Below, one piece after another: positions 48,243 to 61,000 of a stretch of DNA of 64,000 nt; the stretch's first letter is position 1, and every line of letters begins with the position of its first letter. Location of the stretch: NCBI RefSeq assembly GCF_052425735.1, contig NC_135766.1, positions 21,700,001 to 21,764,000 on the forward strand. Reading direction: 5' to 3'. The DNA is from Oculina patagonica (Eukaryota). A program made the translations under genes and the position numbers. The notes under the pieces are model-generated. The model saw only the letters and a list, made by a program, of their open reading frames with translations. It had not been told where the DNA came from and made no database searches.

Positions 48243-51200
48243 CTACGGCCTGTAGTTATTATGAAGGGTCTTTTGAAAATAGTTCCTAGATAAAGTAGTT
48301 CTTGCTGTTCTGCTTGTTCGCTTGCCGTCAGCAGACCTACAAAAACAAAAACAAAAACAAAAAACAGTACATTATTTGGAACCTTTTTGTACAGACATAA
48401 TAAACCATGACTCACGGAGTACTGCACAGTAGTACAAGCTTTCTTTGGGAACAGTCAAAGCGATTTATAACCTCCTTGTAATAACAGCAGATAAAACCTG
48501 TTAAAAGTTTGCTCACCTGGCTCTGAGGAGTAATTTACCACTGACGACAGTTGCCTTGTTTGGATCAAACCAACTTCGTCCGCCATCAATACTGCATTCA
48601 ACGGTAAGACCAGGGAAGGCTACATTGGTAACGAGAACTCCATTTATCATCCTGAAGAGAGAGATATTACATTTCAGTAAGCTGGAAGCAGTATTTTTGT
48701 CACGGATATATTAAGTCAAGGATGGCTAAATTTGGAAACCGGGAAGGCTCCGCCCCGAGGTCTAATCCTTTCCCTTAATATACCATTTTTGACAGAAAAA
48801 GTTACCCCTAAATATACCTTAACTCCGTAGAAAATAGTACCATTCCACATACCAACGGCAGAAATATTGCTTCACTTTCCTAAACTTACCACTTGAGTAA
48901 CCCCTTTAACTATTTTGAAATGCCCTTTTAAATATCTAAATGACAGTTTTCGCTACCCTTTTATATACTTCCAGAAAGAAAAAGGTACCCCTTACGGGCG
49001 GAGCCTTAACCTTAACGTATCGTCCACTATAGGAAATATCTCTCTCAATAATACAACACAATAACGTCGGACAATGATCGAAACAGGACTGTTCGACCAG
49101 GCGTTTTACGAGATAACCAATAAGACACCGTGCCTCCCAGCCTCTCTTATACCGTATTGGAATGAGATAGTTGACCAATACCTTGCACCCGGTACAGGAA
49201 TGTGATAAGCTATACCCAGCTTGTCCAAGCGAGCTAGCTCCTTGTAGCCCAGAGTGTTAGCAAACTTTGTCCAGCTTGCTTCCTTCATTCTGTTTCTGTT
49301 TAATTTATTTCTGCTATTTTCCCATGCGTCTTGATGCCAGGATCTCTCGGCCACGGCAAGTAGCCTTGGGAATATCATGGACTGGAACTGAGCGGGAGTT
49401 CTTATTGTTTCTGACCAGATAGCGCCGGCCAAACCTGTCAATTAAAAAAAAATGTGGGCTAAATTAGACCCTGAAGTCTGTTGTATACTAGCCGATTTTA
49501 TGTCGGCCGTAAAAGTATCTTATTTTCTCGGTTAGTGTGCGGTGAATTCAGACATTAGTCTACGATAAGAACGGGCCTTGTAGGGAAATATCTGGCAGTA
49601 CCAGATCTCAAAATGTCTTGTCGGGCCTTTTCAACAAGGCGGCTGTCGAACAGGAGCACCACAAAAAATCGGCTAGTGTGCGGCAAGCTGATGGCCCGTC
49701 AGATGTTGACCCCATTAAGCTTCATTTGACTAGGGCTTTTCACAAGTTGCTCGGCAACGTTTTGGCAACTTATTAGATTTTGAGCAACTTTTTCCCCTTC
49801 GAGCATTTTTTTCCTCTTGAGCAACGTTTGGCATTTTGAGCAATTTCTTGACCGAAGATCTCCAAAGATTGTCCAAATGTTGTTTAAAGGAGCAGTGCTG
49901 TTTAAAGGCCTTACGAACATTTGTGAAGATTAACGAAGTTTGCCGAAGATGTTCGAGGAACATCCGAAGATGTTTCAACTTTCGGCTCAGTCGCATTGAA
50001 AACATTACAAAACCCGTCAGCAAACATGACGTCATCGATATATTCACGACTTTCCTCAGTGAAAGAAATTCTTGCTAATTAACAAATATTTGCGTTAAAA
50101 TGTTCATTAGATACTTCTTTTGCTATGAAATGACCTGAAACTGCTTAGAAATCTTTACTTCAAAGAGAAATTAGTATATATTTGGATAAATATTCGTGAT
50201 AAAAAGCAGCGTTTTAGATTTTTTGGGCAACTTTCGAGCAACTTTTATTTATCAAAAGCACCTTTTTGGGATTTTTGCAGCAAGTTTTGAGCACCTTTTT
50301 GAGAAATTATGAGCAGCTTTTCGGGAAATTCCAAACAACTTGTGGAAAGCCTTTCATTTGACTCCGATACAAAATCTCCAGTTCTGCGACGAAAAATCGG
50401 CTAGTGAGTGGCGAGCATAAAGCATGAATATATATTTTTGCTATATTTTACTACTCACCCACTATATTGTCAAGTTTCTGAGGTGGAACACAGCCTCCGA
50501 CTTCACTACAGTAATCGGCAATCGGTCTGCCATCGCCGTCTTTCTCAATACTGTCGTACAAGTGTTCAGGCATAAAGCCAAACGCCTTTCGAGTGTCCGT
50601 GTACCGGGTGGCCCAGTAAATTCCTCTCTCTTCTGGATCCGGCTCGTGTGGGTGATCAAAATACAGATAAGATGCTTGAGTCATTATAACCTGTAATAAC
50701 GGAAAAGATTGATTTCATGGAACGTCTTTGAGTGTCCTTTCATAGTAAAGTCATCAACATTCTTAAACCTGAATTATCGATCAAGAACGGACCAAGGAAG
50801 GACCAAGACCCTGAACAGCCTGGAGCAACTTTAATGAGACCCTTTGCCAGTTAGTCTCCCTCGCAGCCGTTCTTAGTGTCGTCACGCAAATTCCTCCCCA
50901 CTAACGGCTGCTCACATCGAACAACATTCCTTTCCACCATCAGCCAATCACCTTCGGTTCATATATCTCAGGAACCGTACCCGCCAGTCTAACCAATCGC
51001 ATGCGTTATTTTGGAGTTCTCAGCTATAGTGACCCTTGCCTGAAGAAGTTTGATGTTGTTTAATGCATACATATCGAGTAAAAATGGTAACTCCGAATGA
51101 TAGTGAATGTGATCTGCTAAGCGACAGAGCGCAAGCCATCAAAGGCAAAAAGGCACGATCACCAAGAGTAAACTGAGAAGGGAACGGAATTCAAGAAAAA

Positions 51201-52132
51201 ACGCTTGTTAGAGCGGAAAGAGAGGAGTGCGACAGCTGCCGTGGAAGCCCAAATTTTACAATTCCGATCAAACAGAAGGAGACTCGACTCAAGGTAGTAC
51301 AAAATTCCCTTCCTACATTTAAATTTTTTTTTATCGCATTTCGTCCATAAAAAAAATTTTTTTCAGATTTATCGAATGTTCGAAAACGTAATTCTCGAAG
51401 ACGTCAGAACGAAGAAAAAAAACGAAAACAATTTTTTTGCTCCCGAACGCAACTCGCGTGCAAATTAGGGAAAGTAGTTATCCCAAATATCTACACAGCA
51501 GAGAATATTGAGACGTATGTCTCGATCTTCTGCGTTTAACCGGTAGACGCAGAAGAAAATACGAAAGGACGGGAAGTAGCGCGGTAACGGTGGTATAAAA
51601 TAAGCTAAAAGATAAAAGTTTGCGCCTTACTTGCACGGCAGCGGGAAGCCGATATTCCCGATAAGGGTTATCGGCACCATATAGAGAGTGACGCCGCGGA
51701 AAAAAAAATAATTAAACGGACGTGCGACACGCGCATACAGGTCTCGTTTAGTTTCTGCTAACGAATTAGTACAAACATAAGGGCCGTCCGGATTAAATGC
51801 TCGGTGATCGTGACGAATGCCGTATAAAATGATCCGTATGCCCAGAATGTCTCCGCACAACCGAAGCGGGAAAATGTGAACGATCTCCCGGGAGCACAAG
51901 AAAAAAGGGAAAGGATGTTTCGAAGTGAGCAGCCAGGGGAGGATGCGTGACGACACTAAGAACGGTGCGAGGGAGATATTTGCCAGTACGTGTCGTTAAA
52001 AGGTGAGTAAGATTTGTATCAGTAACACACACGAATGTTTTTTGGTTGATTGATTGATTGGTCGCGGTTGGTTGGTTGGTTGTTAGTTGGATGGTTAGTT
52101 GGTTGGGTTGGTTGGTTGATTGATTGATTGAC

Positions 52133-52190
<58 letters not shown>

Positions 52191-55100
52191 GCTATGTTTA
52201 CAGTACAACTGTGAGCAAATCATTAGCCAAATGCAATATATTTATTAATCGCATACCACGCTTAGTAACACCCTTGGTGACACCAATTAACGGCTAAGCA
52301 ACAAATACCTTGTACCCATCATTTGCCAGTCTGTAACCAAGATTCATAGTATTTCCCCAGGCGTAACCATAAACCTCGTCACCACCCAGTTTGCTCCGCA
52401 TGACAGGCGTGTGCGAGTGGTCCATCAATCCATCTTCCCACAGCGCCAGGTGGACACCGTACTTCCCAACAATTCTAGCGATGCGCTGAATAAAAAACGC
52501 CTTCCAGTCAGGATAATCAGATTTTATTTTCTCTGACAGTTCTTGGCAGGCGGGAGACAGACTCCATGCGCCTAATGGAACTTCATCTCCCCCAAGATGG
52601 ATGGCTTTGAGCGGTTGAATCCCTTTGTGCAGGGCTTTCACTTCATGTACCAACTTATCCACGAATTGGTAGGATGTCTCAATACACGGATTGACAGAAT
52701 TATTAAAAAAGAATTGTCCTGATTGGTAAATGGATTCATCCTTTAAATCGTTTAAGTAAAATTGTAGTCCATCTTCAATTTGATCCATGTCGCGGTGCCT
52801 TTTATATCGAGCTTCCATGGCTTTGATGGCAGCATGTGAATGGCCAGGGAGGTCGAACTCCGGGATAATTTGAATGTGTCGTGCTTTGGCGTGCTTCAAG
52901 ATTTCTTGGTAATCTTTGACGGTATAGTGACCACTTCCAGACGTGTTGTTAAACGGCCCTGAACCTAGCTGAGGCGCAAGGCAATGTGCTTCTTGTAGAT
53001 CATGACATCTCTGTGATGCAACCTGGAAGAAGAGATTTTTTTAAAAAAAACCTTAACGATTGCAATACCTTTAATATCTTCTGTTCCACTCATTCATTTC
53101 TGTTTCTGCTGTAAATTAAAGCTTCATGGTTCTCTTTATCTCTGCTTGCCGAGTAATCTGTCTACCTATCTGCTGAATTTCTATCGACTATTTGCCCATC
53201 TGCTTATTTGCCTTTTGGTCTAACTCGCTTGCCTTTCTCCTTACCTATCTCTCTACCTAAAATGAATAATCAAATATTTAACAATTACCCTGCGAAATCG
53301 CGCGGAATATCGCCTTATACTTAGCCGACGAGGCCGTAGGCCGAGTTGGCTAAAACCAGACGATATTCCGCAAGATTGAGCAGGATAATTGTTTTATTAT
53401 TCAACAAATTGTCAACGAAACACATTTTGGACATAGAAAAACTGTAATTATGCAGCGCTTTACAAGATCTCGGACGAATCTTCGCAACCTACGAATATCG
53501 CAGGATATCTGTTATGTACGGATGACAGATATCGTTAACATTTTGACCATATATGGGCAGCGCGCGCATCTGTCGAATAATAAATACTAGTTATGCAACG
53601 CTTTCGAGTGGTATACTATGGAATATCCCACGAGTCACTTGTATTTTCTCGGTATACACACGAGCCTTTAGGCGAGTGTGTATACCAAGAAAATACAAGT
53701 GACAAGTGGGATATTCCATAGTATACCACGAGAAAGTGTTGTGTAACTATTTTATACCATGCCATAGAAAATACGCGTACTAAATTTCGTCGAGAATACA
53801 ATCGCAGCGCACGATGGGAAGGTTGGGTTGAATACCGTCGAATATACAACGGCTTTCCTGTATTCTGATTGGCTGTATTTTCTATGGCATGGTATAAATA
53901 ACTATATTTTGAGAGCTCTTTAGCTCTAGCTGGTTTTCATGCGATTCTTCTATCCAGTTTGAATTGGAATTCGGAAATGTTGGTTTTTGTGGAGGGAGGA
54001 AAACCGGAAAACCCGGAGAACAACCCTCGGAAAAAGGACGAGAACCAACAACAATCTCCACCCACATATGACGCCGGGTCCAGGAACCGAACCCGGGCCA
54101 CATTGGTGGTAGACGAGCGCTTTCACCACTGCGGCATCCCTGCTCTCCCCTGCTCCCCCTACCTACTTACCTACCTACCTATCTACCTGCCTACCTACCT
54201 ACCTGCCTATCTACCTACCTACTTACCTATCTGACGGTCTGCCTATCTACCATATCTGCTAATCTGCGTATCTGTCTATGTCTAGCACCTGCCTATATCT
54301 GACTATTGACCTAGGCAGATTGACAGATGGGCGATACGCTAATCGGCACAGGAATATGCTCCTGCAGACCTACTTTTGTAAGTTCTGGTAATCCAGGAAT
54401 CTCCAACCTCCAGCCTTCATCATCCGTCAAATGAAGATGGAGCTTGTTCATCTTAAACATTGCCATCCCATCAATGATCTTCATCACTTCCTTCTTAGGA
54501 AGAAAGTTTCTAGCAACATCTATGCTCAGTCCTCGATACTCGTATCTCGGAGCGTCCTTCACGGTGACCCAGGGTACCTTGCCATTGTTCACGATACTCA
54601 AAAGGGTTTGGACTCCCCAGAACACCCCCTTGGGAGTTTTTCCAACAATCTTTATGACTTCCTTCTCAGGATCAACCTCCATGCTGTAAGCTTCATCGTT
54701 GTCACTGTTCTTGTGTTTTATATCAACAGTACCGATCTTGAGCTCAATAAACTTGCGTGGTGGTGTTTTAGTTTTAATAAATTTCATCTTGAGCTTTTCT
54801 ACAGAAGAATTAATCGAAAGGAATCAAATTATTATTTGTAGTTATTTGGGGGTACTCCTTCGACATTCTTATGATATTCGCCATAGTAATATTTAGGCTT
54901 ATGGCATGACTGAATTGTAATTCAAATTTATGGTTCTGGAGTTTGTTCACCAATATCAAAGCAAATACATACAAAAACAATTATTTGGAAAATTTTCACA
55001 CCAGACACCTTTTTTTTTTGTGTTTAAAGAGTTAATCATGAAGAATTTTACACCATTAATGAATATTGATTAAAATTGAAATGCAGAATACAGACTTTCA

Positions 55101-56698
55101 ATATAGCTCCTTTCTAGTAAAATATAAATTAAGTAGCCATTAATTTTAAAACGTAGTTTTTCAAACTTTAAATATGATTCAAGCCACACCATTTATTTGG
55201 CCAACAGTCGTCGAGAGGCCAGGGACCCGGGCTTTTTTAGGCCAAACTAAGGCCCAAAGGACCAAGAAAAATTGTTTTCAAGAGCGCCCCCTTCCCCTTT
55301 CCAGGGTTTGATGATCGGGTCCCCACTTACATGAAGGTGTGGACTAAGAACCATACCTGCTAGATATCGAGCTTCTCTATCCAAACCTCTCTGAGCGACA
55401 ATATTCCACTTTCCACTATTTAAATCCACTGTCTGTGACGCGCTTAGATATTTTAAAACCAATGGAGTCGGTATAATAAGATTTCCTGGCCTTTTGAGAT
55501 CAGCAATGTTATTAATCTTGAAGCGTTTCTCAGGAGTGTACGGATTGTACATATCTTGTGGAGAGCGTTTCCATTTTGAAGCTGAATCAAATGATCCAAC
55601 AAATTTTAAACTTTCTCCTTTAGTGCTTTCGATGATTCTCGGTTCCAAGCCACGAGCGGTCACATACCAGTTTGGCATGACGTCAGTCTTGGCAACAATC
55701 GCACCTTTCGCGTAGAGATCAACTTGAACGTCGCGACCCGGAAGTAGGTTTGGAAAGGCTTTAGTGGGCGTCAGTTTGTGAAGATAGCCGTCTATGTGAG
55801 CGACAGTCATTTTTTTCAGGTTTGATGCGAAAGGATTGGCATCGTGACTCATTGCTCTGATAATGCTAAAATAGATTTTCCATTTACCAGAACTGATGGC
55901 AAAGCGACCTTTGTTGGTGAAGGTCAAACGAACATAACACCCTCCCGCCATGTTAGATAATACGTCAAAACGTAGATCCAGACTGGACGCCATGTTGTCA
56001 AGGAATGCTTGATCGATTGGCTGACAGAGAACTGGAAGAAATAAAAATACAATTAAAAAATAAACCTCTCATTGTAAAAATGTTTTAAAAACATTGGTGA
56101 TTATAAAGTTATTAGCGAATTTCTAACTGCACCTCTAAAGTTGGTCTATCGTGGAAGTAAAAGTTGAGAAAATACTCAGCCCCGGAACTCTTGTTGTTGT
56201 TAATAATTAGCCACTAGGTATTCAATTGACCTGAAATCTCCAGGTAGACCCAGCCCAGTTTTAAAGGACCTAAGAGCCCATTGCTTTTCTATGGGCTTAT
56301 TTTTATCATCTTTGGTGATAAGGAGGAAGTTCCTTTATATAAATCAAGGAAATGCGGTAAGTCGCTTCACTGTTAACTAAACAAAACAGAGAGTTGATGA
56401 CCTGTCCCATACAGCAGGTCCTGTCGGGATCAGGTCGCCGTATTTACTAACTGTTAATTACGAAACACTGTTCTATTTAACTGACGATAAGTAGCAAACT
56501 CATGTTTTAATTTAACGATAAAGTTGACACAGGAAAAGACATCGATGCTTAGACTATAAAACTCCCCCATTGTTTGAAGTATAATTACCTCGTTTCTTCA
56601 ATTTAAGAAACAAAAAACTCAAAACTTTACTTACCTGTTGCAAGAAGACACTCAAAAGCTATTAAAGATAATATACTTTGCCATTTTACTGGTCCCAT
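48243..56698 (-). CDS. GH20 beta-N-acetylhexosaminidase, chitobiase type (copy B), 863 aa, intact
   Basis: Exons 56698-56635, 56031-55357, 54798-54374, 53022-52309, 50690-50459, 49434-49182, 48651-48517, 48336-48243 (2592 nt, open frame). Signal peptide MGPVKWQSILSLIAFECLLATVLC. Motifs DAPRYEYRGLSIDVARN, HLTDDEGWRLEI, PEFDLPGH, HLGGDE, GAIWSE. Same intron positions and phases as copy A. Confidence 0.92.
49731..50354. mobile_element. hAT-type MITE
   Basis: TAGGGCTTTTCACAAGTTG / CAACTTGTGGAAAGCCTTT; 8-bp TSD CATTTGAC; GAGCAAC subterminal repeats. Confidence 0.8.
50852..51978. mobile_element. Non-autonomous TIR element with 9-bp TSD (AcademH- or MULE-like)
   Basis: TAGTCTCCCTCGCAGCCGTTCTTAGTGTCGTCACGCA / TGCGTGACGACACTAAGAACGGTGCGAGGGAGATA; TSD TTTGCCAGT. 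Confidence 0.8.
52043..52191 (+). repeat. (TTGG)n/(TTGA)n microsatellite
   Basis: Direct reading. Confidence 0.95.
53275..53900. mobile_element. Two adjacent hairpin-bearing repeats
   Basis: TTAGCCGACGAGGCCGTAGGCCGAGTTGGCTAA and a long foldback centred on TATACACACGAGCCTTTAGGCGAGTGTGTATA. Confidence 0.55.
53955..54149 (-). mobile_element. tRNA-derived SINE (family of 15815-16063)
   Basis: Same head (GCAGTGGTGAAAGCGCTC…GGGTTCGGTTCC) and body (ATATGTGGGTGGAGATTGTTGTTGGTTCTC). Confidence 0.75.
54159..54231 (+). repeat. (CTAC)n microsatellite
   Basis: Direct reading. Confidence 0.9.
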
Positions 56699-57374
56699 TG
56701 CCGGTGCTTCAATGTGGGCTTTTCTATGTTGACACCAGCGAATCCAAACGATTGTTTTCTAAATCTATTCCCCTTGTTTCAAAACGGTTTCGTCCATTAC
56801 AGAGAAGACAAGAAAATCGTGAACACTGGTCTGTGTCACGACCAATCAGGCTTAACATCACAGTGTCATAAAAACCCACAAAACTGATTTCTGTTATGGT
56901 TTGCGATTTAGTTATCTCGCATGTGATTGGTTTGCAAAGTAAACATTCCAGCCTATATTTTCGGTTCACAGCTTTCTTGTTTTCACTGTATTTGTTTGAT
57001 ATTAACAAAGCGTGTCATTGGTCGAAACCAGGTTGCTATTGATCTACGAGTAAGCTAAAGCTAACTTAATTAATCACAAAAACCAAAACAGAAAATTGTC
57101 TTTTGCCTATTTCCTCGTTAATGCTATGTTAGTGGTGTTGTGCGTAAAAAGCGCTTGCTGACATTTTTTACTTTATGTTATATAATTTTATTGTTGATCT
57201 ATTTTTATTGGGCTAACCTAGTTTTATGTAACCTTAATTTTTTTCCTTTGATTAGTTGTTTCACTTATTTTATTTTTTAGTGTCTTAGAAAAATTATAAC
57301 ATTATATTAGTTTTAGCTATTTTTTTAATAGAAAAATGTAAGCGCATTGAGTTTTTTAAATGCGCCCAAAAAAC

Positions 57375-57375
<1 letters not shown>

Positions 57376-57437
<62 letters not shown>
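57376..57437 (+). repeat. (TTA)n microsatellite, probable retroposon tail
   Basis: Preceded by TGTAAGCGCATTGAG…AATGCGC, which resembles the L2-type SINE tail at 20790. Confidence 0.9.
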
Positions 57438-57438
<1 letters not shown>

Positions 57439-58028
57439 TGGGTCAGTAGTTGGTATCTAAGGGACAAATCGGTGCACGACGAGCCTGTACGTTTGGCTAC
57501 GAGTTCAGAATATGGCGCGTGCGCAGTTACCACCAAATCTGCCAAGCCAAATTTCAATTCAAATACCTGTCTCATGAAATCATCTGCTTTCAAGCCAAAA
57601 ATACTGTATATACTGAAAACTAGAAAGTGGGAAATACTAGAGCTCAGTAGTTATTATATCGTTGTAGTCTGCATCATTTTTTTTTTTTGACGTTTTCTTT
57701 ACAAAACCTATAGTTAGATACGAAATTGACATCGAATATTATCTTCTTGATCTCGATGTCAGTAGCCAGTGTTTAGTTGTCCATTGCTTTGCTTAGCATG
57801 GATAGCGTGTTTTTGTTTAATTAATAACTTCTCTGGTGTGAAATATCGCAACAACTTCTTTTTGGCTCCACTAGTACAGGAAGAGGAGGGGACGGGGGAA
57901 CTTAAGTTAACGTCAACTTGATGTCAGTGGTTATAACACAAACGGTCCGTTTATTACATCTCTTTATTTCATTCACACAGATACATTATCTCGAAGTATC
58001 TGTTTTGTTTACTCAGTATTTCTATTCC

Positions 58029-61000
58029 TTAGGCTTGAATCTCCACCAGCCTGCTAAGACGTCGTCTATCCGCTGACCTGAAAACCACCAAAGGGTAGGC
58101 TCAAAATGGATGAAGTTTGAAATACCTCGTCCTAGGCCTCTTGCTTCTTTTGGTCGCCAGAGATAACAAAGATCGTACAGTGGCTGTTTTTTAGCCCGGC
58201 GACAGAAAAACCAAAGGAAAGTTTTAAAATTCTAACTTAGTTCCGAGGATCAAAAGAATAAAACTAAAAGATGGTTTAAAAATACCTCAGCCTCAATGTT
58301 ATTTGATTTCTTTTGTTTCCCTAAGCCACAAGGTTAACATAGGATTTTACAATTTCATAATTTTCTCATTGTGGAGATGTGTCCCCAGTTTTAATTTGCG
58401 ATTTAATGAGAATTTGTTTTTTGGCCAAAAAACCGCGCATTTGTTTATAGACCAGTTAACCACTTGTTATAAGTAAAAACTGTTTATATACAAGACAGTT
58501 CTGATTACAGTGCAACTAATTATCCTATACCAAGGCCTCCCAAGCAAATTCTTTGCAAATTGACCAATAGTGTCCGAGTGCTAAAACAAGAAAAAAGGCC
58601 ACAAATTTATTGCTTTTGTAGTGTGCAGCTTGCTTAGATTGATAATTTGTCGCAAATCTATTTTTAACGTCCGAGGTTTTCATTTATCAATTGTTAAAAG
58701 AGAGGGGTGGGTGTTTTTTTTTTTTTTTTTTTTTTTTTTCGCACAAAATTTTGTCAGGGGTGGTTGACTTGGTTTGAGTAGTCACACTGTAACAATGCAA
58801 AAACAGTTCCGAAAAACTAAAACTCTTTTTTCGCACCCTTAACGGTGTTTTAAGCTATTAATAACAGTTTCTTATTTGTTCTTTATGCTTCTCACGGAAA
58901 TACGCGTCATCCAAGACATTTTAAAAAACTCACCTTGTTCCCAGTACTACACGACCAGAAACTGACATGCCATCTTTGACGTCACTCCAAGTCAGACCAC
59001 CATCAGTACTGCATTGGATTGACAGACCAGGAATGGCGGAATTGACTTCAAGCTTTTGGTTCACGATCCTAAGCGAAAAAGATTCGACCATAATCAGACC
59101 TATTTTCTTAAACTTAGTTTGTGGCCATTCAAGTACTTTCATTAAAATAGCAGTCAACTCTCTCTAATTCAGACTGTTAATACTGTAGAGAGGTGGTCCA
59201 TCTTATACAGCTGATGAAAACTCACTGTGTGTGTGACCATTCAAATGAAAGCTATTGAGCAGTACTTTTATGTGGTCCTGTTTCTTATGCTGTACAAGGC
59301 CATTTCTGAATTTTTAGTCTGTGGATGAAACCCTAGTGGGTGACTATCAAAATAAGATCTACTGAGTAGCTGAAAGGAAATATGTATCTTGGGCCGCGCC
59401 AAGTGGTCAATAGGACAGTGAAGACAATGGACTAGCGGAGCCCGCAAGGAAATAAGGACACTAACGAAGAGTAGTTCTTTCATGTGGTACTGTTTGTTAT
59501 GCTGTACAAGGTAGCTGTTCTAACTTTAAATTCTGTCGATGAAACCAGTCCAAAGAAAGCTTCTGAACAGTACTCTGATTTGAAATTTTCACTACGCTGT
59601 GCGAGACAGTTTTGAATTTTGTACGTCTTAATTAGGATTAAAATTATGTGAAACATTCAAATGAAACTTATCAAGAAGTGCAGGGTTTCTGCAGACTCAA
59701 CAAAAATGTAAGCAATGGTTATTGTTATTTTTAGAAGCTGGTAGTGCAGATGTAATAAAATCTGATAGTCATTGTTTAAAGGGAAAGTGTGCAGTAAATC
59801 TGAAATAGTATAGACAACGGTATTACCTGGCTCCAGGAACAGGTATATGATAATCAATGTTCATTTTATCCAAGCGTACCAGCTCCTTGTGTCCAAGGGT
59901 ATTAGCAAAAGCTTCCCATTCCATGTTCTTCACTCGATCGCGTTTCGCTTTATCAACTTCATTCTCAAAGCAAGCCTTGTGCCAGGCTCTCTCGGCCAGT
60001 GCTAGCAGTCGTGGATAGACCATGGACTGGAGCTGACTTGGGGTTCGTACAGTTTCGGACCAAAGCGCACCTGCCATTCCTAAGTATAAAGAGAAAAGAT
60101 TATGGGGTCAAAGTGAGCCACTCCAAAAATGCGTTTCCCGGTTTCTGTAGCATATAGGATTATTGCTACCGTAGCTGGCTGGAATATTTGTCCATCGCTG
60201 CGTGGTTAATCCAGTATTAGCTAGTACTTTGGTCCAGTCACCCAGACAATACGCCATTTATACACCTGGGTGGAGCAAGGAACCCTGTGAGAGATATGTG
60301 TCTCGCCCCAAAAAACAACGAGCCATTATTCATAATTATTTCAGTGGATTAAAGCCTAACGTTCAAAATGTCAGCTCTGCAAATCCACTATAGCAACTAA
60401 TTATGAATAGTTAGAGTGATTTGATTTGATTTCAGTTGGACACATAAATTCCGTTATCGGCACTTTGTCATGGTTCCAGCTACAAACAAACTCTACATTT
60501 TCAACCGCCCATTAGCGGGCACCTCTCTTAAAGGCGCCATGGCACACACTTTTAGGACCTTTTAGGCAATTTTGGCTCTGACGAACTCGCCATAGAATTA
60601 ACTGAAATATCAAAATAATGGCTTAAAACTGTAGACGAACACAAAAGAAGCACTGAAAGGCCAAAGGGGGCATGGATGGGCAAAATTCGAGAAGATTAAA
60701 ACGAATTGCGTTCGGGCAAACTTGTAAAACGTCGGACCGACTTTTTTCAAATTTATCACCAATTTATATGAAAGTGCCATTTACGATGCTCGAAAATCAT
60801 CCTTGTTTGTTATGTGGCCGTTATTTTACTACTAAAAGACTTTTGCTTTGCAAATTTAAAGTTTAGAGCTCTTAATTCAGAGGCGGCGGAGCGTTTTGGA
60901 ACGTGGGGGGCTAAGACTGTCCCAAAAATAGTCGGCATGTTTTCATATTTGGAGCAACTTTTTTCCGTTCCATCAACCTCTTGTTTTTTGAGCATTTTCT

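Noticed and set aside
54431-54841. Plus-strand ORFs overlapping GH20, NET and WAPL exons
   Set aside because: Antisense shadows of real minus-strand coding exons.
56635-56684. ATG at 56684 as the start of GH20 copy B
   Set aside because: That frame stops after 10 codons. The ATG at 56698 gives a signal peptide in phase with exon 2.
59211-59245. CTGATGA…GAAA hammerhead candidate
   Set aside because: No convincing stem II or stem I; it is part of the degenerate tandem repeat.
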